From positions 558,001 through 622,000 of the forward strand of contig JAXLNO010002938.1 of NCBI GenBank assembly GCA_038087875.1: 64,000 nt of DNA. The letters are read 5' to 3'. The position numbers and the translations under genes are program-made. This document shows positions 10,295-22,200 of this stretch, piece after piece. The notes below the pieces were generated by a model. It ran no database searches, was not told the origin of the DNA, and worked only from the letters and a program-made list of their open reading frames with translations. This stretch comes from Malacoraja senta. Taxonomy: Eukaryota. Numbering within the stretch: the stretch's first letter is position 1; each line of letters opens with the position of its first letter.

Positions 10295-13200
10295 CTGGGA
10301 AGAGAAGCAGAGAATAGTAAGATTAAACGAGAACTTACCAGTTTGAAGTTTGATCTTTATTTTATGAGGAGTTACGCTGGTGATTACGTGAAGAAGAAGA
10401 CCCGTCAGGCCGCATGCGCGTCAATGTTCAAAGCAGCGGTATGAAATCACAGACAACACCATAATTGAAGTAACATATTAAGATGATCAACATGAGAACT
10501 ACCATTATGACCTTTTTTCTATGAGAGAGGGTTGGGCGTGGTGGGCACGTAATCACCAACGTAACTCCTCATAAAATAAAGATCAAACTTCAAACTGGTA
10601 AGTTCTCGTTTAATCGTACTATTTTACTTCGGAGTCACGTGAGTGACTACGTGAAGATTTTAAAGCTCTTTGATGTTTATGCCGCAGATCAACATCCCGG
10701 CTTCTCACTGCATCGATTGACTCTGAGTATCATCAATAATGCTGTAAACATGACATTGCATATCATGCAAAGACAAAACAGTTTTATTTTTGGTCATAAA
10801 ACAACCAATAAACCCTCTTAATGTAGGGGCAACAAACGAAACAGAATTAAACAGTATTGAAAACAAACTTTAAACAATAGCAACAGCACTCAATATTGAG
10901 TTGGCAAACAGCCCTCCATCGGCAATCGGCCGATGGTAGTATTGCTGAAACACAAGTTCATTTTTCCAACCTGCGGCTTTTAATATATGGTCGATGGGAA
11001 CGTCCATCGCCCTGGCCGCGGTTGGTGCTACTGCGCTAGTGGAATGAGATGTAAACACATAAAAATGTTAATTCCTGTCTGAACCAACTCTTGCTTTAAC
11101 CACCTTGAGATAGTCTGAACTGCCACTCTTTTATTTTGGCTTCTTGTAACTGACATATAATCCTGTTTCTTCTTGTCTTAAAGCCCTTGTGGCTTCAATA
11201 TAATGTAACAAATGTGTCCTTACACATAAACATGGAGCTGTGGGATATGCTGAGAACACAATCTTAAATCCTGTCACACCTGGCCTGCTTTGTTTGAGCA
11301 GGTCATAAATATAAAACAGAACATTCTCTGTAGTCACTTCCATTCTTTCTAACTGAAGTTTTTACAAAGTCTGCACTCTCTGTACCGACACCAATGCCAT
11401 TAGCATAGCCAATTTCATGGTTAATTTTAACAAAGTTATAGACGTGACATGGACCCAATGACGAAGCATGTTAAGAACAACGCTTACATCCCAGATTACC
11501 ATATACCTAGGCTTAGGCGGTTTGGAATTAAAGATTCCTTTCATCAACCTAGATATGAGAGGGTGAGAACCTATACTTTGTGTTCGTGTACCTATTACAA
11601 GATATGCCGACAAAGCACTTCTAGCTTTATTGATAGCAGTATAGCTAAGACCCTCATCACAATAAAGTGTAGATAAAACTGTAACACATTTTCAATAACT
11701 ACAGTATCATATTGAATATTCTTTTGAACACAATATTGTTCCCATTTTTGTACATAAGTCATATACTGCTTTTGAGTACTCTTTCTCCAGGCTGCAGTGA
11801 GTATATCCACCGTTGGCCTAGAAAGTCCTCGACCAATGTAAGGCATTCTTAAAAACCTGCAAATTAACAGATCAATACGATCACATAACAGATGAACTTA
11901 ACTCGTTACTGGATGCTCCAGCAAATTCCTACTGTTTGGAATCAGCAAAAAGGAGGTTGGATCGCTATCTGTAACATCAAAGGGAACCAAGGTTGAATCG
12001 GGCAATTTGGTATCACCAAAACCCCTGAAGCGGCATTCTGCTTCATTTTCTCAAACACCGACCTATGAGGCAGAATGGTGGGAAAATGTACACAAACATA
12101 TCATCCCAATTTAGTGAAAAATCATCAATTGCCATTGCCCCTGGATCTGGTGCCCATGAAACATATTTTGGCCTTCCATATAGAAGTACTCTGTTCTTGA
12201 ACACATCCTGGTTCAAACATCCACTCTGTATTATCACGGAATTTTCGTGACCTGCCATCTTGTACTACGTTAAGTTTCCCTGGCAGATAGCTCCAATCCA
12301 AATATCCATACTCCAGGTCCAATATCATTTGCCAACCTGTCACATGATAACGATTTGATTACACCCATGTGATTCATATAAGCAACTGCTGCAGTGTTGT
12401 GTATTTGGCACTGCACATGCAAACTAGTTTTGTTAGTGCCATAAGCCTTGAGTCCATAAAATACTATTGGTTAATTACCCATGTTTGCAGAAGCAATGTC
12501 CATTTGTCCCCACAGCTGGATATTTTATCAGTAGCACCCCACCCAAGTGCTCTGACATATGTCTGCAAAATCATGGAAGCTTGGTCCAATAACACTTTGG
12601 AACTACTAGTGGACACATGCTGAATCCACTATTGTACATCAGCAACAGCCTCTGTTGATAGAAGCATAGGTCTATTATAATGACCCCAATGTATCCCCAG
12701 TGCTTGTTCCTTTAACCTTTATAATTGTAGATAATAAAGTGTCCTCTATTGAACAGCTGGAATTGCTACTAGCAATTTCCCCAAGAGATCGTCACATGGC
12801 TAATTGAAGGCTGTGTGTCAGCAATTAACTTGATACAGCTCTTAATTAGCTCTACCCTTTTTTGCCTCGGCAAGGTCACAATCATGTTGATTAAGTCTAT
12901 TGTGAACCCAACTAGTCAATTTGTGTCACCGGTATTAATTTAGATTCCTCTGGATAGCTTATGAAAGCCCAATTTTATAAAAGTGATTTTTACCAACTGC
13001 CACTGATGCTTCAGCTGTTTCCTTTGATTGTCCTACAATCAAGATATTATCTAGTTAAGCCATGAGCACATGCCCTTGACTTCTCCTCATGCCTAGAATA
13101 GGTTTTAACAACTTTGTAATCTCTCTAGGAGCTGAAGACAAACCATTAGGCAGTGCATTGTATTGCCATAATTGACCCATCCAGCTGAATTCTAAATCTT

Positions 13201-16200
13201 TTATCCTGCAATGAACAGACACTGAATCCGCATCTTTATCTCCTCAAACGTTTCCATCTTAAAATGTCTATACCATACAAAAGGGTTTAAGACTATTCAG
13301 GTCCAGTATAATTCCGCATCCCCCATCCTTTGTTGGTCTGGGAAAGATATTGGACACAAACTGATGGCTTTGGTAAACTGCCTGAGCAATTACACTTTTA
13401 TTTCATAAGCTTGCAAGTTGCACCTGAACTTCCAATTGTTCAGTGATACTGGTCAAACTCCTTTTTTGGAACATGTTGCATGGATAAATCAGAATTTGCA
13501 TGAAGCTTATTCCAAACCCTTCAATAACCTTCAGTATAAACATATCTGAGGTATCACATTAGATCTGTCTACATGAGAACCAGACCCACTTACGTCCTTA
13601 CCACCTGGCATTCTTCCCCGGCCCCGAGCTGGATATCTCACCTTCCCTGGCGCTGCTACAGCTGAACGCCAACTGCGCTGCATCGTAGCTTGGACTCGTC
13701 CGTTGCCCGGACCAGTCTCCTCGTTTATAGGGATACTCTCCTCCAGCTCCTTCACCTGCTTTGCGAAATCCTCGCAAAACAGATTTGCCGGTTGCCCTGT
13801 GCCAGGCTGGCAGAGTGAAGCATATTTAGGATTGATGGTTGGTCTAAACGCAGTCTTGCGGAGGCAGTTGATATCAAAGTGGGTACTCCACAATAGCACC
13901 ACACCTTTTTTTGTAATTTCATCATGTCCTCTCCATCCACCATCCTGGCAAAGCTCGTTATGCCAGATGTCAGCAACTTTAAAATATGCTGGAGCTTCAC
14001 CTCTTCCTGGGCTCTTATTTGTCAGCTCCTGTAGCTGATGTGAGACTTGGTAATTTATGCTGGTGGCAAGTTCCTCACCCAGAGGCTCACCAGCGTCCGA
14101 CGACATGGCAAACCGTGCTGCACACGGTGTCAGCTCTGGCCGCTGCATGCCCTCCTTTCGGAAATCGTCGTCGGACTCAGGGTCAGAGCGTATCTGCCCT
14201 TCTGCACTCACCGCTTGCAAAGAGGGTGCTCTCAAGCAGGCCTCTACCAGGCACTGCCCGACGGCCTCCCGCCCTCACACCTCCTCCTGGAGTGTGGCTT
14301 TGTGAAGCAGGCCTCTCCTAGACACTGCCAGCGGATCCTTTCCCATGACCTCCCGCCTGCACAACTCCTCCTGGAGTGTGGCTTTGTGAAGCAGAACCTC
14401 TCCTAGGCACTGCCGGCGGAACCGACCCCACGGCCTCCCGCCTGCACTACTCCTCCTGGAGTGTGGCTTTGTGAAGCAGAACCTCTCCTAGGCACTGCCA
14501 GCGGAGCCTTCCCTATGGCTTCCCGCCTGCACTACTCCTCCTGGAGCGTCTCTGTGCAGCAGCCCCTGTATGAGCTGCTCCTTTTGGATAACCGCTGGGG
14601 AACGGTATCCTGTCCCCGACGCGACTCTCGTGGCCCGACTCTGCCGAGTCTATAGCCCTTACAGACTTGGGTTATGCCTACCGCCCGACTGGCGTTGGCT
14701 GTGTACCCGGCTGGGCACTTTCCGAAGTCTGTCGCCGCACCGCTACCGGCTTGCGACTCCCCCGAGGTGACAGGCTTCCTTTCAGGGACTGCGCTCCCGC
14801 AGCTCTCTCTCTCCTTGTCGGTAGCAGACCTGCACCTTGATGATTTTTTACTTGTTCCTGTATTGTGGGAAAAACATACAGCAACAATTTTTTACTTTTT
14901 TCCTAACTCCTCCAAAGTCTCCCCGACATTGGTGGAGCTGTAATTACTCACCTGCAGGAGGAGCTCCGTCCTCCTGCTGCCGTTCGCGCCAATGCGTCAG
15001 ACGTAATGACGCGCATGCGCCCTGACGGGTCTTCTTCTTCACGCAGTCACTCACGTGACTCCGAAGTAAAATCAGAGAGTCCCCGGGGGTCGGGGGGAGA
15101 ATCGGGCAGCGCGGCTCCGGGACAGGGGGAGAAGAGAGGCCGCTCGGCCTCACGCACAGGTGGGCGGACAACTGACAATTTGTCCGCGGTTTCACCCCAA
15201 CCACATCGGGTGGAAAACATACATCTGTCACGGAGATATTTTTCGGGACGGAGAGGGGAATTTCGTGAGGTGGGGGAGGGTGGACGAGTGCGGAGAGTGA
15301 GGAGGATTGCGGTGGGGATGGAGAAATGAAGCGAGCTATTCAGATATGGAGGCATGTCGGAGAAGAGGATATTGAGGCGAGTGGCTATTTGAGGTTGTTA
15401 AAGAGGAGGTATAGTTGTGGGGTGGAGTCGCCATGATCATAGTGAATGGAGGTAGACATGAGGGGCCAGATGACCTGCCCCTGTTTCTTTGAGTGGAGGT
15501 TGAGAGAAAGCAAGGGGTGGTTTGGACCATGGAAGGAAGCAGAGGTTGACTGATCAGGTGTTAGACAGAATGGGTGGAGATGATAATATCCTAGTTAATA
15601 GCAAAATATGTTATAATTAGAATTGATTAAGTAAAGATTAATTTGACTTCTTTGGGTTCTGAGAAAACTAAAGCTTTGCAATTCTGTGCTGTACAAGAGC
15701 TGGGTAATCAGAAAGTTAGAGACCTGTATTCAAGCTGCTTCCTGTTATACCCAAGCAAAAGAAACATTTCAATAGTGAGAGAGGATGTATTTCCTGAGAA
15801 GGTGGTAGCTTCTGTAAACAGAAGCCTTCTGGTTGGTAGCTGACATAATGATTATATAGCTAAGACAGAATTGTAAATATTGACTAAGTTCCTGTTGTTT
15901 CGAAGTTTGTGATCAACAGTATGTGATTGATAGAACCACAAGATGACAACTATTGTATTAATAACAATAATACTTTGAATGGGTATACTCTGAGATTTAT
16001 TTGTGTTAGACGCCATTGTTGCTACTCTGTATAAACATGTGACTATGTTTCCGAAATACTATAAATAGATGCCGTATGTCTTTGTTCATTACAGTGGTGG
16101 CTCAGGAGGGTTAAGTATATGTTGTATACTTTACTTTGTATCCATATAAACCATATAACCATACAACAATTACAGCACGGAAACAAGCCATCTCGACCCT

Positions 16201-19200
16201 TCTAGTCCGTGCCGAACACGTATTCTCCCCTAGTCCCATATAGCTGCGCTCAGACCATAACCCTCCATTCCTTTCCCGTCCATATAACTATCCAATTTAT
16301 TTTTAAATGATAAAAACGAACCTGCCTCCACCACCTTCACTGGAAGCTCATTCCACACAGCCACCACTCTCTGAGTAAACAAGTTCCCCCTCATGATACC
16401 CCTAAACTTCTGTCCCTTAATTCTCAAGTCATGTCCCCTTGTTTGAATCTTCCCTACTCTCAGTGGGAAAAGCTTATCCACGTCAACTCTGTCTATTCCT
16501 CTCATCATTTTAAAGACCTCTATCAAGTCCCCCCTTAACCTTCTGCGCTCCAAAGAATAAAGCCCTAACTTGTTCAACCTTTCTCTGTAACTTAGTTGCT
16601 GAAACCCAGGCAACATTCTAGTAAATCTCCTCTGTACTCTCTCTATTTTGTTGACATCCTTCCTATAATTAGGCGACCAAAATTGTACACCATACTCCAG
16701 AATTGGCCTCACCAATGCCTTGTACAATTTTAGCATTACATCCCAACTTCTATACTCAATGCTCTGATTTATAAAAGCCAGCACACCAAAAGCTTTCTTT
16801 ACCACCCTATCTACATGAGATTCCACTTTCAGGGAACTGTGCACAGTTATTCCAAGATCCCTCTGTTCACCTGCATTCTTCAATTCCCTACCATTTACCA
16901 TGTACGTCCTATTTTGATTTGTCCTGCCAACATGTAGCACCTCACACTTATCAGCATTAAACTGCATCTGCCATCTTTCAGCCCACTCTTCCAACCGGCA
17001 TAAATCTCTCTGTAGACTTTGAAAATCTACTTCATTGTCCACAGCCCCACCTATCTGAGTATCATCTGCATACTTACTAATCCAATTTACCACACCATCA
17101 TCCAGATCATTGATGTACATGACAAACAACAGTGGACCCAACACAGATCCCTGTGGCACCCCACTAGTCACTGGCCTCCAACCTGACAAACAACAATCCA
17201 CCATTACTCTCTGGCATCTCCCATTCAGCCACTGTTGAATCCATCTTGCTACTCCACCATTAATACCCAACCATTGAACCTTCTTAACCAACCTTCCGTG
17301 AGGAACCTTGTCAAAGGCCTTACTGAAGTCCATATATACAACATCCACGGCTTTACCCTCATCAATTTCCCGAGTAACCTCTTCAAAAAATTCAAGAAGA
17401 TTAGTCAAACATGACCTTCCAGGCACAAGTCCATGTTGACTGTTCCTAATCAGCCCCTGTTAATCTAGATGCTTATATATATTATCTCTAAGTATCCTTT
17501 CCATTAATTTGCCCACCACTGTCGTCAAACTAACAGGTCTATAACTGCTAGGTTTACTCTTAGACCCCTTTTTAAACAATGGAACAACATGCGCAGTACG
17601 CCAATCCTCCGGCACTATTGCCGTTTCCAATGACATTTGAAATATTTCTGTCATAGCCCCTGCTATTTCTACACTACATTCCCTCAATGTCCTAGGGAAT
17701 ATCCTGTCCGGACCAGGAGACTTATCCACTTTTATATTTCTCAAAAGTGTCAGTACTTCCTCTTCTTTGTATCTCATAGTTTCCATAGCTACTCTACTTG
17801 TTTCCCTTACCTCACATAATTCAATATCCTTCTCCTTGGTGAATACCGAAGAAAATAAATTGTTCAATACTTCCCCATCTCTTTTGGCTCTGCAGATAGC
17901 TGTCCACTCTGACTCTCTAATGGACCAATTTTATCCCTCGTTATCCTTTTGCTATTAATATAGATGTAGAAACCCTTTGGATTTACTTTCACCTTACCTG
18001 CCAAAGCAACCTCATATCTTCTTTTAGCTTTTCTAATTTCTTTCTTAAGACACTTTTTACATTTTTTATACGCCTCAAGCACCTCATTTACTCCATGCTG
18101 CCTATAATTATTTTAGATCTCTCTCTTTTTCCGTACTAAGTGTCCAATTTCCCTTGAAAACCATGGCTCTTTCCAATTTTTACTATTTCCTTTCAACCGA
18201 ACAGGGACATAGAGATTCTGTACTCCTAAAATTTCACCTTTAAATGTCCTCCATTTCTCTTCCACATCTTTTCCATAAAACAAACTGTCCCAATTTACTC
18301 CTTTTAAATCCTTTCGCATCTCCTCAAAGTTAGCCTTTCTCCAATCAAAAATCTCAACCCTAGGTCCAGTTCCGACCCTCTCCATAATTATATTGAAACT
18401 AATGGTATTGTGATCACTGGTCCCGAACTGTTCCCCAACGCATACCTCTGCCACCTGACCCGTCTCATTTCCTAACAGGAGGTCCAGCACCGCCCCTTCT
18501 CTAGTAGGTAATTCTATGTATTGCTGCAAAAAACTATCCTGCACACATTTTACAAACTCCAACCCATCCAGCCCATTTACAGAATGTGTTTCCCAGTCTA
18601 TGTGTGGAAAATTGAAATCTCCCACAATCTCCGGCTAATCGCCGGCTAATGATCAGTAAAGCTTGTGTTGGTTTAACTAACTTATTGAGAGTTGTCTGTT
18701 TTAAGAAATGAACCTTAACAGAGACTTGTGGTTGTCGGGTGGATTTCATGGGTTTGTACAACCAAGAGCACACTGATGTCATTGTTAACCAATAAAAAAC
18801 TTCACATAGAGACTTGACAATGTGAAACTTGACAGTGTAAGGCTGGTGCAGAAAGTAAAGGCAGGAGGGATCGAAGGCGAGCTGGTAAAATGGATCCAAA
18901 ATTGGCTTGGTGGCTGGAAGTAGAAGGTAGCGGTAGAAGGATGATTTCCATGCTTGGAGGTCTGTGACTGGTGGAGTGCAGCAGAGATCGGAGCTGCAAT
19001 CTTTGCTGTTTATGATCTATTTTCATGGATTGGATGTGAATGTAGGTGTGACTAGTAAGTCTGTGGAGGACGCAAAAATTGTGGATAGCGGTTAAGGTTG
19101 CCAAAATCTGCAGCAGGATATAGGGTAGATTATCAAAACCGTATACGCATGCAGGGATATCAGATCAAGAGTGTGCATGTTTATCTTTAGAGCAAGGAAT

Positions 19201-22200
19201 TTTAAAGTGGGTCTGAGTTGGACGTTCTCTTTAAACTGAGAGTGGGTGATATCTGGAACATGCTACAGAGCAGGTGGTGGAGTGAGCTATAATCACTATA
19301 TTTGAGGCACTTATATAGGTGAGGTGTGGAGGAATAGCGATGTAATGTGGGCAAATCGATTAGTATAGCTGGGGGAAAGGTGGCCATGTAGACGATGGGC
19401 CGAAGGGCCTCATATTGTAATGTACAACCATGGCTCTCCACTCCAAGAGCACTGAATGACTGAGTCCCCGCAGCCACAGGTGCAGGGAATTCCAAAGGTT
19501 CCCCAGTCTCTGCGTGCAGTAATGTCTCCTTATCTCTGTCCTACATGGTGCAGCCCACATTCTGAGAGGGTGCCCGTTCCCCAGACCCCTCAGACAGGGA
19601 AATATCCTCCCTGCATCCGGCCCACTGAGCCCTGTAAGAACTTTGTGTTTCACGGAGATCTCCTCCAATACACCCAAATACTCGAGTGCACAAGCCCAGT
19701 CTACTCACACTCACCCCGCACAGCAAACACATTGTCCCAGGAACAAATATTGTTAATATTTGCTGCATTGCCTCTGTGTCAAGTATGACAATTTATCGGT
19801 ACACAGGAGCATAGGAACACAAGAAAACAGGAGCAGGATTAGGATCCGCTCCTCAGGCTTGCCCCTCCATTGAATGTGATCATGGTTGATCTAAGCTGGC
19901 ACCAATTCCTATTCTGTGTGAGTTCCCCATGATTTTAATTTTTCCATCTATCAAATATTTATTTTTAGCCAAGGTGCAGATATCCAATAACTCATCTATT
20001 CACCACCATCTTGGGCACAACATTCCTGATATGCATTGCCCTCTGAGAGATGCAACTTCTACACACCGCATGAGAGGCCGCTCTGGTAGGTTGGATGTCA
20101 TGGAATCTGGGATGAATTGGCCGATGGAATACAACATTTACCTGAAAGTCGCAGACAGAGGATGTTGGTAGAGGGTCGTTTTTCAGACTGGAGACGGAGT
20201 CCACTGTTGTTCCTTATTTATATAAACGACTGGTGGTGTATGTAGGTTGCACGGTTAATACGTTTGCAGATGAAACAAAAATTGTTGACATTGTGGGGAG
20301 TGAAGAAAGTAATCTGAGAGTAAAAGGGATCCCTGTGAACTGGGCCAATGGGTTCAGGAACGGCAGGTGGGATTTATTCATGTGAAAGTGAGGTGATGCA
20401 CTTTGCTGAGACAAACCAGGGCAGGACATACACAGTAAACGGGGAGCTTTATAGAACTGAGAGATCTCTGGCTGCAGGTACACAGTGCAATGGAAGATGC
20501 AACAGTGACAGGCAGTGTGGTGCAGCGTGTGTGTTGTCACTCATGCTTTCATAGGTCAGGATATTAAATACAGTGTTTGACACGATAAGGTTGTTAGCAA
20601 ATTAGAGAGGGTGGTAAAGGATTTACAATACTTTCATCAGGTCTGAAAGGCTAGGTTATAAGGATACGTTGGACAGACAGGGACATTTGTCTTTGGAGCC
20701 CATCCGTGTGTTTTAATAGATGTGTATGAGATCTATATAAGGTGCACAGATAAGGTGAATAGCCACAGCATTTTACCCAAGGTAGGAGAGTCTAAACCCA
20801 GAGTGCATCAGTGTAAGGTGAGAGTGGAAACAGTAAAAACGAGTAGCCTTTTCAGTCAATGCGTAGTGTATGTATGGAATGAACTGACAGAGGAAGTGGT
20901 CAAAGCAGCTACAACGACGACATTTTACAGACAGTTGGGTAGAGACACGAATAAGAAATACTTGGAAGAATATGTCAGACTCAGGCAAGTGGGTCTAGCT
21001 TTGTTGGGCAACTTGGTTGGCATGGTCATGTTGAGTCAATGGGCCTGTTTCTGTGCGACATCACTCTCTGACTCTCTGATGCTTTTCTGCAGCTGTGTCT
21101 GGTGGAAGATCAAATCTTCAATTTCCCTTCAGTCCAAAATACCATTAATGTTTGCATCTACGCATAACTTAAAGATGTCAGAAACAAGAACAACAGAAAA
21201 GGTATAAGCTTTACCTTGGTTGATGGTATCAGGTGTTTCTGCCAATACCGTGTTGTACAAAAAAGGATTTTCAAATTTTTCAATCAGCAAGTTATCATCT
21301 ACCACCGACAGTGGTTTGGCTTCGTCACGAATCCTGCAAATATTTAACAGCTGGTTATAAACAGAGCTTTAGACATTTTTGGGTTGTTCAACAAAACCTT
21401 ATAATGTTTCCATCAAGAACATGTCCAACCTCCGCAACATTGCAAAAATCAGATCCTCTCTCACACCCCCCGCTACTGAAAGACTCATCCATGCCTTCAT
21501 CTCCTCCCGACTGGACTACTGTAACTCTCTTCTTTTCGCAATCAATTCCAGCAGCATCAACCGACTCCAACTGGTCCAAAATGCAGCCGCTCGACTCATT
21601 ACCCACACCAAACCCTGGCACCACATCACCCCCGTTCTCAAAGAACTTCACTGGCTTCCCATTTCCCACCGGATGACCTACAAAATCCTGGTCCTCACCT
21701 ACAAAGCCCTCAACAACCCCTTATCTCATTGACCTCCTCTCCCCCTACCAACCCTCACGGTCCCTCAGATCCACATCAGCTAGTCTCCTCTCCACTCCAA
21801 AATCAAACCTCTGCACTTTTGGAGGCAGAGCCTTCTCCAGGGCAGCTCCCAGGCTCTGGAATTCCCTCCCACAACCGGTCCGAAATTCTGAGTCCCTCAC
21901 CATCTTCCAGTACCGCCTCAAGACCCATCTCTTCACCTCTGCATACCCTTAGTCCCATGTTCCCCTCCCCTCTGTCTTACTGCTCTATTTTGTATTGTTT
22001 ATTCCTGACTCTCAATTGTAAAGCGACTTTGAGTCCTGAAAAGCGCTATATAAATAAAATGTATTATTATTATTATTACCTTTGCTTGCGACCAGCTTCC
22101 TCCTGAAAGAAATTAAACACAAATCTCAATTGACTGAGATGGACCGTCCTCATCCCGACAGCGGGAATTTCACCAAATTCCTATAACCTCTGATAATTCC

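Larger units (their letters stand above)
10316..15072 (-). mobile_element. DIRS1-type tyrosine-recombinase retrotransposon, structurally complete but decayed
   Basis: ITR core 10387-10423 is inverted to 15007-15043 (1 mismatch). ICR 10546-10656 is complementary to both termini (10316-10390 and 15037-15072). Internal ORF remnants of gag-like, RT/RNase H, methyltransferase-like and YR. AAT at both junctions. Confidence 0.95.

Noticed and set aside
14232-14546. Regular repeat superficially like a CRISPR array
   Set aside because: Contiguous diverged tandem units without unique spacers, inside a eukaryotic retrotransposon.
10316-15072. Idea that the DIRS was mobilised in trans after its ORFs decayed
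   Set aside because: About 3% mismatch between termini and ICR is compatible with neutral post-insertion decay producing the observed frameshifts.
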